This document shows, piece by piece, positions 34,429 through 44,607 of a stretch of 64,000 bases of DNA. The position numbers and the translations under genes are program-made. This DNA comes from a bacterium (GTDB lineage Bacteria > UBA10199 > 2-02-FULL-50-16 > JAJFLM01): assembly GCA_965216315.1 (NCBI GenBank), contig CBDCFN010000016.1:1696001-1760000 (forward strand), read 5' to 3'. The notes below the pieces were generated by a model. The model made no database searches, had not been told where the DNA came from, and saw only the letters and a list, made by a program, of their open reading frames with translations. The stretch's first letter is position 1, and each line of letters opens with the position of its first letter.

Positions 34429-35406
34429 CTACGCTGCCGAGCGAACTTTTTTCAATTCCTCGGTCAGTAGCGGCACAACCTCAAACAGATCGCCGACTAT
34501 TCCGTAGTCCGCCTTTTGAAAGAGCGGCGCTTCCGCATCTTTATTAATCACGACGATCGTCTTGGAGGTACGCATCCCGGCCAAATGCTGAATCGCACCC
34601 GAAATGCCGCACGCAATATAGAGGTTCGGATTCACGACCTTACCGGTCTGTCCCACCTGCATGGAATGTGGCGCGTAACCGGAATCAACCGCAGCGCGTG
34701 AGGCACCAACTGTTGCTCCAATAACATCCGCACACTCACGGAGTATCTTGAAGTTGTCTGCATCCTTCATCGCACGACCACCGGAGATAATGACTTGCGC
34801 CTCTGTTAGGTCAACTTCCTTACTTTCACTCGCTTTGATTTCCGTAATCGGGGCCCGCAGCTCACCCGCTTCTTTCGAAACCTTCTCAACAGTCGCCGCG
34901 CCACCGCCCTGTTCTTCCTTAGTAAAGGAATTAGGCCGCGTCGTCGCCAATGCCGGTGAACAGTCTTCCATTGCAACATCGACTAAGGCCTTGCCCGAAA
35001 AGACAGGCCGCGTAGGCACTAATTTGCCACCCTCTATCTTTAAGTCGACACAATCTGTGGCGAGACCTGTGTCTAATTTGGCCGCCATACGTGGAAAGAA
35101 GTCCTTTGCTGCCGGACCGGCCGTACCAAGCACGATTTCCGGGTTCGTCTCTTTGACGAACTCCGCTAATACCTTGGCAAAACCTTCGCCGTTAAACTTA
35201 TCCAAGCCGGCGCTTTCAATAATTGTGACCTTAGTCACGCCATATTTCCCAAGATCCGCCGCATCACTCGGCTCATTTCCAATAAATACGGCATGGGTTT
35301 CGCCGCCGATGTCCTTCGCCAGCTGTGAGGCCTTGGCCGCAAGTTCAAAACTCGTCCCTTTGACTTTTCCGTCCTGATCTTCTGCAAATATTAAGATGTT
35401 TCCCAT
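34429..35406 (-). CDS. etfA: Electron transfer flavoprotein subunit alpha
   Basis: GASRAAVD, QVGQTGK, LYIACGISGAIQHLAGM. Confidence 0.97.
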   Translation of the reverse strand: MGNILIFAEDQDGKVKGTSFELAAKASQLAKDIGGETHAVFIGNEPSDAADLGKYGVTKVTIIESAGLDKFNGEGFAKVLAEFVKETNPEIVLGTAGPAAKDFFPRMAAKLDTGLATDCVDLKIEGGKLVPTRPVFSGKALVDVAMEDCSPALATTRPNSFTKEEQGGGAATVEKVSKEAGELRAPITEIKASESKEVDLTEAQVIISGGRAMKDADNFKILRECADVIGATVGASRAAVDSGYAPHSMQVGQTGKVVNPNLYIACGISGAIQHLAGMRTSKTIVVINKDAEAPLFQKADYGIVGDLFEVVPLLTEELKKVRSAA

Positions 35407-35432
35407 TATCTATTCCTCTCTACAAAAAATTA

Positions 35433-36212
35433 TTAAATAACCTTGGCCTCTTCGTGTAAGAGCTTGACCAGTTCCGACACCATCGCCGCAGGCTCCTCCC
35501 CTTGCAGAATCTTACCGGCATGCTTTTCTTCTGGCAGTCGGAAGTTCTTAAACTTGACCTTGGCCGTCGCGCCATTGGCAAAATCAGCTACTTTCAATAC
35601 TTCTAAAGGTTTTTTCTTCGCCTTCATGATGCCCGGCAGAGAAGCGTAGCGCGGGGTGTTCAGTCCTTTTTCGCAGGCCACAATCGCTGGGAACTTGAGA
35701 TCAATAATCTCTTCCGCACCACCACCGGCACTGCGAGTGACTTTGGCTCCGGATTTATCATCACTCAGCTCAAAACCTTCAACGACAGTCACATGAGCAA
35801 TATCCAAGAACTCAGCCACCATCTGGGCAACAGCACCGCAATCACCGTCAATAGCCTGCTTGCCGGTAAAGATCACATCAAAGTTCTGCTCCTTGATGGC
35901 ATTCGCTAGTACCTTAGCGGTGAGGAGGCTATCGAGCTCAGCGCCTTCATCGTCAATGCGAATAGCCTTATCAGCGCCCATTGCCAAAGCCGTACGCAAG
36001 GCCTCCGTGGCACGTTCAGGACCTACAGAAATAACGGTGACTTCACCATCACCGACTTTTTCTTTACTTTTAATGGCTTCCTCGACGGCAAATTCATCAT
36101 AGGGACTTAGGATATATTTGATTCCATCCGTTTCGATAGAATTTCCATCGGCTGTCGGCTTAATCTTTGTTTCCGTGTCCGGTGTCTGCTTAACGAGAAC
36201 TGCTATTTTCAT
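35433..36212 (-). CDS. etfB: Electron transfer flavoprotein subunit beta
   Basis: PYDEFAVEEA, ALAMGAD, GKQAIDGD, PRYASLPGIMKAKKK. Confidence 0.97.
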   Translation of the reverse strand: MKIAVLVKQTPDTETKIKPTADGNSIETDGIKYILSPYDEFAVEEAIKSKEKVGDGEVTVISVGPERATEALRTALAMGADKAIRIDDEGAELDSLLTAKVLANAIKEQNFDVIFTGKQAIDGDCGAVAQMVAEFLDIAHVTVVEGFELSDDKSGAKVTRSAGGGAEEIIDLKFPAIVACEKGLNTPRYASLPGIMKAKKKPLEVLKVADFANGATAKVKFKNFRLPEEKHAGKILQGEEPAAMVSELVKLLHEEAKVI

Positions 36213-36251
36213 TGCTGATTACTCCTTAAATATTTGGGCATGCATACCCAT

Positions 36252-36851
36252 TTAAATCACGAGGCCATTCAAAAACAGATCCGCTATCTGTTTTGAAAAT
36301 TGCTCCAATGGCCCTTTTCGTTTAGATAAAACCCATTTCAGCCCTACTTCATCTAGGGCCCCAAAAATTGTTCGCCTGAGTACATAGGGGTCGGCTTCAC
36401 GGCGAAAGACACCTTGCGCCTGCCCGTCTTCAATAATTTCATGAATAAACCTTAGATATTGCTTCAATTTATCACCCGTATACTCACGCATAAACATTGT
36501 CGACTGGCGTAATTCAATATGCAGAACTTGCGCTAATTCCCGATGGTTCTCGACTAAGCTAAGATGCAAAGTAATCAGGCGCCGCAATCGATCCTTCACG
36601 TCATCAATACCGGTTAGCGCCTGCTCCATTTCGCGGATAAACATATCCATGCTCGTTTCGAAAATGGAGATAAGCAGATCGTCTTTATTCTTAAAATAGA
36701 GATAGATCGTTCCTTCAGCCACTTCGGCGGCACGCGCCACGTCAGAAACAGTGGACTTGAAAAAGCCCTTCTCCGCAAACACACGGGTCGCAGCCTCAAT
36801 GATGCGTCCGTACTTATCGCTTTCTTCTTTTTTTTGCGCTTGTTCCGGCAT
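36252..36851 (-). CDS. TetR-family regulator (Bacillus FadR-like)
   Basis: TetR HTH (VAEGTIYLYFKNKDDLL), first gene of the etf block. Confidence 0.9.
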   Translation of the reverse strand: MPEQAQKKEESDKYGRIIEAATRVFAEKGFFKSTVSDVARAAEVAEGTIYLYFKNKDDLLISIFETSMDMFIREMEQALTGIDDVKDRLRRLITLHLSLVENHRELAQVLHIELRQSTMFMREYTGDKLKQYLRFIHEIIEDGQAQGVFRREADPYVLRRTIFGALDEVGLKWVLSKRKGPLEQFSKQIADLFLNGLVI

Positions 36852-36880
36852 CTTCCTACTCCGCAGAGCTTAGGCTTAAC

Positions 36881-36898
36881 TGAATGAGTGTTCATTTT
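36881..36898. promoter_or_regulatory. FadR-box-like operator
   Basis: TGAATGA-GTGT-TCATT(TT), close to the TGAATGA-N4-TCATTCA palindrome of B. subtilis FadR. Confidence 0.65.
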
Positions 36899-36953
36899 TT
36901 CTAACACTTCGCGTCAAAGACTGTCAACCCTGCTCCGCCAAGGGAGTGCGAGG

Positions 36954-38390
36954 CTAAGCCCTTGAAATTCCGTCTATATTTTTCGGGATTTCTCTACCGA
37001 GCCAGGTCAGAATGGTAGGAAAAACATCCACTGAGCGGCAGGTTTCGCCACGCAACGGGACGTTACTGATAATCGGGATATTCATATGTTCCCAGTGGAG
37101 GGAACCATGGGAACCATGGTGTTCGGGGACTTCATAGCGAACCCGCAAATCATGGCCGGATTTGGCGGAAAGCATGACGTCGCCAGCACGAGGCGATCTG
37201 ATTAATTGTAGAAGTTGCATCAAACTATCCGGATAATCGGTATCGCGTGTCGCTTGGAGACTTTCTTCGACGCTCAGGCGCTCCGGAATGTCGCCATAAG
37301 CTAAGGGATCCCCTGCGACTTTTTTGTAGACGAGTTTATCGCCGTCTTCGTAAATGCGCGCTCGCTCCCGACCACGCCTTACCCACACCCCCCCTTCGCG
37401 ACTTCTTAACGCCATCAAATCAACGGCGTCCTGCGCTTCCAATAGCTCGAGCATAGCCAGCTGCTGCTTATTCATATCTTCCGCGTAACAGATGCCCTTC
37501 CAATTATTGCGCGGCACAGCAGCTCCGTTCGCACCACGTGCAAAATACAAATGACTCATGCCATTACCGGATACCATATGAACCGCCGAAAACCCTTTTT
37601 TGAACACCACAGGATAGAATAAAGTCTTGGTCCCATTGTCTTCGAGTAATTGATTGACCCCTAAATGATTATGAGTCGCACTAAGACCGTGATCACTGAC
37701 AATGAGAATAGCCGTGTCATGGAGCCATTTTTTTTGTTCAAGCTTCTGACACAAATCACCGATCGTTCTATCAATTCGTTCATACCCCTCAATCGCTGCC
37801 GGGTGCTCAGGATGACCCATGTGTGAGTATTCATCTATGCCGGGAAAGACAATAAACATATATTCAGGGTCTTCATCAATATGACGCAGCAGGTGATCAC
37901 TTGCATTTTGGTCGACTAACGCCCAACGGTCCGTCAAATGAGCATAATACCAATTCCAGAGCCGCATAAAGCTCGTCTTGTTACGCCGAAAGGAAACTCC
38001 CCGGTTAACTCCGTTAAAAACGTTAATGGATTTAGGAATGAGCTCAAAGAGAGTCTTGATCTCTGTATGAATATCGCTACTCATCTTAAGGGTATCCGCG
38101 CCGACATAACTACGATGCTGAGCACGTGACAGAGGTTTACTTGCATACACATCCCGATCAAACCAGCGGATACCCGGAACATTGCAGGTACCAGGATAAC
38201 AACCCGTCAAATAAGGCAAGTAAGCCGGACCCGTAGTCGAAGGAAAAGTTGTTACCGCGTGCTTAAGGCAGCCCGGCTTGATAAGATATTTTTCAATATT
38301 GGGGAGGCGTCCTTCTTGAATAAGCCGGTCAAAGACATCCGGGCGCGACCCGTCAGCCAGTATCGTCACACAACGCTTATAACTAGCCAT
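36954..38390 (-). CDS. Alkaline-phosphatase-superfamily nucleotide pyrophosphatase/phosphodiesterase
   Basis: LADG, FPSTT, DEYSH, SDHG and HGSHG motifs. Confidence 0.88.
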   Translation of the reverse strand: MASYKRCVTILADGSRPDVFDRLIQEGRLPNIEKYLIKPGCLKHAVTTFPSTTGPAYLPYLTGCYPGTCNVPGIRWFDRDVYASKPLSRAQHRSYVGADTLKMSSDIHTEIKTLFELIPKSINVFNGVNRGVSFRRNKTSFMRLWNWYYAHLTDRWALVDQNASDHLLRHIDEDPEYMFIVFPGIDEYSHMGHPEHPAAIEGYERIDRTIGDLCQKLEQKKWLHDTAILIVSDHGLSATHNHLGVNQLLEDNGTKTLFYPVVFKKGFSAVHMVSGNGMSHLYFARGANGAAVPRNNWKGICYAEDMNKQQLAMLELLEAQDAVDLMALRSREGGVWVRRGRERARIYEDGDKLVYKKVAGDPLAYGDIPERLSVEESLQATRDTDYPDSLMQLLQLIRSPRAGDVMLSAKSGHDLRVRYEVPEHHGSHGSLHWEHMNIPIISNVPLRGETCRSVDVFPTILTWLGREIPKNIDGISRA

Positions 38391-39138
38391 TGTCACTCTT
38401 AGGGGTTTCGGTTGTCGACTGCTGCTCTTTTTCTCTCATGTTGGCTAGCTTTGATTCCATGCGACGGATAAGGTCTTCATAACCGCCTTTTCGAATGATC
38501 GCATCAAACTGATAACGGTAATTATCGAGAAGACTGGCGTCATCCACAATGACATCATAAATTTTCCATCCCTTTGCTACCGGCCAATCATCCGGTACGG
38601 GCAAGCGCATCCCAAAAATAGGGTCACGCGGAGGCAATTCAGCACGGTTGACTTGATGGACTTTATAATTGAGCGATATCTTCATATTTTCCGAAGGAAT
38701 ATTTACCCAACTTTTGACAAGCGCCTTATCTTTATCGCTCAGCAGCTTATGTCCTTTATAGCTGACATGATAACTCGCGCCGGATTTCTTTTTCCCGCCC
38801 TGCTCCTTCGCAAATACAGCCTTCCGTTGCAAAAGCTGACTTAAGACATCTACAAAGTGATCTTGATCTTTTGCTGTAAGCTTCTCCCAATGTTTTGCCA
38901 TTGAGATGCGTGCTAAAGACTGAATATCAAAAGTCCCCCTCAACGCCTGTCTTTTTAGTCGGCGGTTGTGAGCCCTTTCCTCAGCTGTCTTCGGCGATAC
39001 AATATAAGTCTCAAGCATACTATCGAGATCCTGAATCGCCCGAGTAGGAGTCCCCTTCTCGTAAAGGTTTGCGTGAACAGGGCCACCCACCAGGGTGAAC
39101 GCCACTAATAAACTAAATAGGATAACTCTATGCATCAT
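38383..39138 (-). CDS. MlaC/Ttg2D-family periplasmic lipid-binding protein
   Basis: WKIYDVIVDDASLLDNYRYQF motif; signal peptide. Confidence 0.85.
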   Translation of the reverse strand: MMHRVILFSLLVAFTLVGGPVHANLYEKGTPTRAIQDLDSMLETYIVSPKTAEERAHNRRLKRQALRGTFDIQSLARISMAKHWEKLTAKDQDHFVDVLSQLLQRKAVFAKEQGGKKKSGASYHVSYKGHKLLSDKDKALVKSWVNIPSENMKISLNYKVHQVNRAELPPRDPIFGMRLPVPDDWPVAKGWKIYDVIVDDASLLDNYRYQFDAIIRKGGYEDLIRRMESKLANMREKEQQSTTETPKSDNG

Positions 39139-40568
39139 GAGTTTAACTCCGGTATTGAGTCGATCTTTTGATCGAGTTCGGCAAATGCCACATTATAGTC
39201 AAATACAGCCTTGAAATACTCGCCTCGCGTTTTCATAAACCCTGAGATAGCATCAATTAAGTCCTTCGGCTCGGCTAGTCCAATATCAAAATTGCTCTGT
39301 GTCAAGAACAAGACTTGCCGTGCTAACTTGCTTGATTCTTCAGATCGATGCAATTCTTCACGAGCGGCCTTAACCGTCAAATAGGCCTTCTTTACTTCTA
39401 ATAGGATACCATCGGCCGCCAGGTCTACCTGCAAACGCGTTTTGTTAAATTCCGCCTCTGCTTGGCGTATTTTAGCCGTTCTGGTTCCATAATCGAATTT
39501 CCCTTTAAGCTGAAACCCGAAACCTGCACGCGTATAATTGAACGGATCACTATAATCGTCTGTTGTCGTCACGCCGGTCACACCTGGAGCTCGCCCTACT
39601 TCAAAAAAAGCGCCGACACCCAAGTTTGGTGCAAAGCGGTATTTTTCTAACTCATAGTTTAGCCTGCGAGAGTTTAAGCCGATCTCTAGCAACTTAACAT
39701 CCGCACGCTGTCTATACGCAAGGCCACGATAATGCTCAAAAGACTTTAAACTACGGCCAACCGGAAAAAGCCGTGCGTGTTGCAGATCAAAACTCTGCGA
39801 CCGGTCAAGCCCTAAAAGCACACGCAATGCTTCGAGGGCGAGAATCTCTTTATTATGAGATTCTTGAATTTTCTTATCCATATCACTTCGAAAGATCTTA
39901 AGCTTTAACAGCGCAACAGGATCACCACCGCCTTCGTCTTCACGTTTCTTTATTTCCTTATTTGACTCTTTAAGCGCGTAACGTAAAAGCCGGTTGACCT
40001 CTCGCGCCAGCAGGACCCCATAATAAAGCTGATGAACTTTAAAAACGATTTCTGATTCCTTCTTGATACGCTTGAACCCCTCCGCTTCAATACCCCCCTC
40101 CGCAAGAGCCTTGGCGCGTTTTATTTTGCCGAAGGTCGTCAAGGGAACACCCATGCCCACCTTAAATCGATTCAGCACGGTAATATCGCCGCTAAAAAAG
40201 CTGCCAACCGCGTTAGACACATCTCGAGGTGCCGGACCGAGCAAATTTTCGTATTCAAGGACCGGCCTGCCAATGATATCGGCCTCCTTAAATTTGGCCT
40301 CGGCCTTGCGAATATCATAATCAAAGGCCTTGAGCTCACGATTGTAGATCATGGCCCGCTTGAGGCATTCCTTGAGCGTGAGATAGATCTTCCGAGGTGA
40401 CCGGGGACCCCATAGAGACTCCCCCGTAGCCACAGCCGTGCTAATGACCGTCTCCTCCCCATCCGCTTCGGTTTCGGCCTGCACGACAGGAGGCATACTA
40501 AGGCCATACATCAATAAAGCAGTATAAAGCCCTAATTTAAATATAAATATTCTGCTCAAGGTGGACAT
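39135..40568 (-). CDS. TolC-family outer membrane efflux protein
   Basis: Two OEP-like helical repeats; start uncertain (40568 or 40598). Confidence 0.85.
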   Translation of the reverse strand: MSTLSRIFIFKLGLYTALLMYGLSMPPVVQAETEADGEETVISTAVATGESLWGPRSPRKIYLTLKECLKRAMIYNRELKAFDYDIRKAEAKFKEADIIGRPVLEYENLLGPAPRDVSNAVGSFFSGDITVLNRFKVGMGVPLTTFGKIKRAKALAEGGIEAEGFKRIKKESEIVFKVHQLYYGVLLAREVNRLLRYALKESNKEIKKREDEGGGDPVALLKLKIFRSDMDKKIQESHNKEILALEALRVLLGLDRSQSFDLQHARLFPVGRSLKSFEHYRGLAYRQRADVKLLEIGLNSRRLNYELEKYRFAPNLGVGAFFEVGRAPGVTGVTTTDDYSDPFNYTRAGFGFQLKGKFDYGTRTAKIRQAEAEFNKTRLQVDLAADGILLEVKKAYLTVKAAREELHRSEESSKLARQVLFLTQSNFDIGLAEPKDLIDAISGFMKTRGEYFKAVFDYNVAFAELDQKIDSIPELNS

Positions 40569-40616
40569 GGAATCTACTAAGGAATTTGCGAAATACAAGC
40601 GTCTTTTTTGCCCTGG

Positions 40617-41894
40617 TTAGTAGCTTGTAACCTCAAGAGCTCGGATATTTGCAGGTCGGGTCGGCAACGTAAAGTAAAAACGGCTCCCAATTCCGGGACT
40701 CGATTCGACCCACAGGCGCCCTCCATGGAGCTCTATGATCTTTTTCGCGAGCGCCAACCCCAATCCGGCCCCCCCGTGACTTCGCGTCATCCCCCCATCG
40801 ACCTGCCGAAAGGCCTCAAAAATATCCGCAAGATGCGCCGGGTCGATGCCCGTTCCCGTATCCGCAACCGTGATCTTGACCTTATCCCCAGCCAGCTCGG
40901 CCTGAATCCGCACCTCCCCCTGCGCGGTAAACTGAATCGCGTTTTCCAAGAGCTTCTCGAGAACCAAGCGGACCTTCTCTTCATCGCCATACACTGAGGG
41001 AAGTCCTGGTCCCCACGCCTGGATAAGCTGAATGTCACGCGCCTGAATCTGCGCCTGCATCGACTGAATCTGTTCTTCGAGGACTTTGTCGATAGGAAAT
41101 TTTTTGATCGTCAACTGCTCCGGGCAGGACTCTAATTGTGACAGGTCGAGTATCGCGCGATGGATATTAAGGAGCTGCTCACCGGCGGATTTGATCATCG
41201 CCAAGTGATTACGCTGTTCTTCATTGACTACCCCATCCACTCCATCCGCGAGGGCCTGCGCCAAACCGATAATATTATGCAACGGCGTTGCCAATTCATG
41301 GGTCATATTCCCCACAAAATTGCCTTTAAGTACCGACAACTCCTTGAGCTTGGCATTCTGGCGGAGCACTTCATCGTACAAGAGTGAATTTTGAATCGAA
41401 ATGCTTAATTCGTAACCAAATAGGCTCAAGAGTTCGCGTTCTTCCTTATTAAAGCTGCGTCTTCCTTCCGGGGCGGCAATAGCCACAAAGCCCAAAAGCT
41501 TGCCTTCGATGCGCAACGGCACGAGCGCCGAGGCCTTAAGCTCGACAAAGACTTTGAGAAAACGATCGCGATGCTTGGGAAATCGGACTGTCGTGATGGC
41601 CTCAATGGTCAGCGGCTCGTCATGGCTCTTAAGCCAGTTCACGAGTGGAGACCTCCCCGCAAGCTTAAAATGGAGTGGGGCCGCTCCTAGCCGTGATTTG
41701 ACCAAATAAGCCCCTTCATCGCTTGTGCGGAGCAGAATACTCGCACTGCGCACCGCAAAGATCTCGGCTAGCGAGCTCAAAGCGACACTCAACAGCTTAT
41801 CGCGCGATTGAAGCGAACGAAGCCCTGCAATATGTTGGGAAAAGATTTCTTTATAATCGTACGACTCCCGTTGAAAGAGTCGGAGCTGGAACAT
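40617..41894 (-). CDS. GAF-domain sensor histidine kinase
   Basis: H-box THELATPL, N-box LLENAIQFT, DTGTGI and GAGLGL. Confidence 0.92.
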   Translation of the reverse strand: MFQLRLFQRESYDYKEIFSQHIAGLRSLQSRDKLLSVALSSLAEIFAVRSASILLRTSDEGAYLVKSRLGAAPLHFKLAGRSPLVNWLKSHDEPLTIEAITTVRFPKHRDRFLKVFVELKASALVPLRIEGKLLGFVAIAAPEGRRSFNKEERELLSLFGYELSISIQNSLLYDEVLRQNAKLKELSVLKGNFVGNMTHELATPLHNIIGLAQALADGVDGVVNEEQRNHLAMIKSAGEQLLNIHRAILDLSQLESCPEQLTIKKFPIDKVLEEQIQSMQAQIQARDIQLIQAWGPGLPSVYGDEEKVRLVLEKLLENAIQFTAQGEVRIQAELAGDKVKITVADTGTGIDPAHLADIFEAFRQVDGGMTRSHGGAGLGLALAKKIIELHGGRLWVESSPGIGSRFYFTLPTRPANIRALEVTSY

Positions 41895-41915
41895 TGGAAG
41901 GGAGTGTACTAAATT

Positions 41916-43046
41916 TTACGTGCCGTCACAAACGGTATCGTCGTCACCAGCACAAAGAATGGTGGCCTCGATCCGGACGGCGATATCGAGTCCGACGGCG
42001 GCCGACAAAGGACCACTTCCCTCGGTGACGAGTGTCGTGCCGACCAGATGCACCGTCCCATCATCCTGGACTGGCAAGCCCAAAATATTGTTCCCACTGA
42101 TGATAAAATCACCCGCTAAAAGCCGATCATTGGGAACATCAAGCGAGTCGACACTCCCCGACGTAAAAGGCATATCGAGTACCAGGGTTGAGTTGTTGTC
42201 GACCAAATCAACGACGAGATTAGGCAAAGTCAACTCACCGGTGTCTGCATTGTAACTTCCCGTCACCGCGGACCGGGTCGTAATATGCGTCTGGCCGGAA
42301 ATAATACTCAGAACCGGACCCAACGCGGGGACACTGGGATCGGGAGGCGGTAAGAAGAAATTGTCGCCTGAGGTGATTTGCGGAAATGAAAAGTCACCAT
42401 TCGTCGCAATGTTACCCACCAAGGTAACGGGGGCAAAGGCATCGACACCCATCTCGGTATCCATCGGCACACCGAGACCTCCGGTGGACACCACCATATA
42501 AGTAATTGTCAGATCGACATCGCCACTTAAATCAACGGAACTCCCCCCGCTAGAGACTTCAGGGCAATCCTCTTCCCCTTCCGACTTTCCATAGAGCTCA
42601 ATTTGGATGATGCCTGAATTCTCGCCATTAAACGACATATCGACAATAGCCGTATGAATCGAGTCCCCACTCTCTTCTAAGGGACTATAACGGACGCGCA
42701 GCGCATAACTGGCCCCGGCAGGAATCTCCAACGGACTGATTCCACCGGCGGCATCCGACGGGATCTCTGCATCCGAGCCGATTTGAAAACCACGTATCGT
42801 GAAGTGTCCGGCCCCATTTGTGCCGGGTGCCAAGACAGCGCCCAGCATACTGAGGGTTTTACCCGTGGTATTTTGAAAATTGAAAACACGTTCGTTAATG
42901 CCGCACTTGGGCGTCACACTGAAGGCCCCTTGGACGAGATCGCTGAATTGCCCTTGCTGGGTACAGGCACTCATCCAGAGCACCATGAAGGCGCCAATCA
43001 GCAGCTTAAAACGGGAACGTGAATTTTTCATAAGGTGCAGCATCAT
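41916..43046 (-). CDS. Lipoprotein with Ig-like (ASH/PapD-like) domain
   Basis: Lipobox MSAC; FQNTTG…L…IPAGAS…VRYSP pattern. Confidence 0.7.
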   Translation of the reverse strand: MMLHLMKNSRSRFKLLIGAFMVLWMSACTQQGQFSDLVQGAFSVTPKCGINERVFNFQNTTGKTLSMLGAVLAPGTNGAGHFTIRGFQIGSDAEIPSDAAGGISPLEIPAGASYALRVRYSPLEESGDSIHTAIVDMSFNGENSGIIQIELYGKSEGEEDCPEVSSGGSSVDLSGDVDLTITYMVVSTGGLGVPMDTEMGVDAFAPVTLVGNIATNGDFSFPQITSGDNFFLPPPDPSVPALGPVLSIISGQTHITTRSAVTGSYNADTGELTLPNLVVDLVDNNSTLVLDMPFTSGSVDSLDVPNDRLLAGDFIISGNNILGLPVQDDGTVHLVGTTLVTEGSGPLSAAVGLDIAVRIEATILCAGDDDTVCDGT

Positions 43047-43051
43047 TCCAA

Positions 43052-43078
43052 TTATCGGTAAAAATCAAGAAAAGTTGC
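43052..43078 (-). promoter_or_regulatory. Candidate sigma28-like promoter GCAAC-N15-CCGATAA
   Basis: Best match of the recurring motif; ATG lies 5 nt downstream. Confidence 0.65.
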
Positions 43079-43095
43079 TACTTCCGAGGAAGCCC

Positions 43096-44589
43096 TTAAA
43101 AAGAGCCGCCTACCCGGACTCCAGCCCCTGTCGGGGTTCTTGAAGCAGGATTGGTCGGGTCCATGGTCAGGAAGAAACCACCACCCAGGCTTCCCACCCC
43201 GGCGGACATGATTTGGATGCCGGAGGTGCGCTGTGCTTCGCCTGAAACGTCGAGGTGCGGGTTCGCATCGGGACCGGCGCCGATCGGCCGATGCGTCAAG
43301 ACGTCATCGGGCCCACTGTTCAGATTAGGAGCCGTCAACATCAACGCCAATCCGACCCCTAACTGCAGGGCACCACAGCCAATCATGGCACCGCGACTGT
43401 GCCAAATATCGTTAGAACCAGCCGCGCGCGGAATACCCGGCGCACCACCACAGAACAAAGCGGCACCAGCTCCGGACATCTCGGGGACATTACCGAAAAT
43501 ACCGCCGAGTTGAATACCCGCTCCTCCGAGCATGGTCACAACCGTCGCAATAGTCGTATTCGTCCGTGATTCAGCACCGTCCGGATCCGCATTGATCACG
43601 ATCTGACCGGTGTTATAAGAAATGTTACCGTAGTTAATCAGGTTAAGTCCGCCAACCAACAAACCGAAATTATCATCGCGCAACCCATCGATATGGGAGA
43701 CGTCGCTGCCGAGACCGGCAACACGAATCGAATGCGTCCCCGCGACACCAATGGCAAATAAACGATAACGGAGTCGCGCCCCCGGCGTTAAGTCTTCGCT
43801 GGTCGGTGTCTCCTCAAAATTGAAGCGTAGATGAAAACCCGTCGTTAAATTGTAAGGAACTCGATTGGGCCCACTTCCACCCAGCTCGGAGCGCTGCTGC
43901 AAACCAATCCCGAGATTGACGTGCCGGCCTAAATCAAGGCTCAAACCGGTAAAATCTTCAACGCCAAAGCTCACCGCACCATCGGCGCGGTCATGATCGA
44001 TCACGCTTAAGTAAAGCCCTGGGTTTTGATCGAGTAAGGTCCGAAAATTCGAATCACCAAAACGGAACAACTCACCGGAATGAGCGAGACCAAGCCCGAT
44101 ACGATGGCGCAGGGCATAGTCCGAGGGAAAACGATCGTCATAAGGGGTATGAAAGAGACCGTAACTCGCAAACAGACGATCCCCAGGTGGCAGGTTGAGT
44201 TCAAGCTGTAAAGACCCACCATTCTCCGGCTGCAAATTAGCAGCATTTTGCCGGATTGCAGGGAACATCCCGAGTTGTCCCCCCAACACAATACTCCCGA
44301 AACGCAGGGCTGGCGTGCGGATGCGCTCATTCGCCTCCGTAGGATTTTCTGTTGCTGTTGGATTGGGATCGGTCGTCGGTTCCGGACAGGGAATTAGGGT
44401 ACCATTTTCGATACGGGGTCGACATGCACCGGAACCGTCCGTTGTCGTTGAGGGAGACGCCGTATTCGGTTCGGGACAGGTATAAAGGTGTCCATCATGA
44501 ATCTCCGGCCGACAGGTCGTCGCCGCGTCGCAGACCATGCGTCTGACATCCGTTCCCCCTTCATTGACTGTACGTGGTTCACATCCCAT
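43096..44589 (-). CDS. Hypothetical membrane protein with beta-strand-rich region and C-terminal Phe, no signal peptide
   Basis: AGAGGA RBS; duplicated CRPxIxxGxLxxCPEP; ends GVRVGGSF. Confidence 0.7.
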   Translation of the reverse strand: MGCEPRTVNEGGTDVRRMVCDAATTCRPEIHDGHLYTCPEPNTASPSTTTDGSGACRPRIENGTLIPCPEPTTDPNPTATENPTEANERIRTPALRFGSIVLGGQLGMFPAIRQNAANLQPENGGSLQLELNLPPGDRLFASYGLFHTPYDDRFPSDYALRHRIGLGLAHSGELFRFGDSNFRTLLDQNPGLYLSVIDHDRADGAVSFGVEDFTGLSLDLGRHVNLGIGLQQRSELGGSGPNRVPYNLTTGFHLRFNFEETPTSEDLTPGARLRYRLFAIGVAGTHSIRVAGLGSDVSHIDGLRDDNFGLLVGGLNLINYGNISYNTGQIVINADPDGAESRTNTTIATVVTMLGGAGIQLGGIFGNVPEMSGAGAALFCGGAPGIPRAAGSNDIWHSRGAMIGCGALQLGVGLALMLTAPNLNSGPDDVLTHRPIGAGPDANPHLDVSGEAQRTSGIQIMSAGVGSLGGGFFLTMDPTNPASRTPTGAGVRVGGSF

Positions 44590-44607
44590 AATAAATTCTT
44601 CCTCTCT

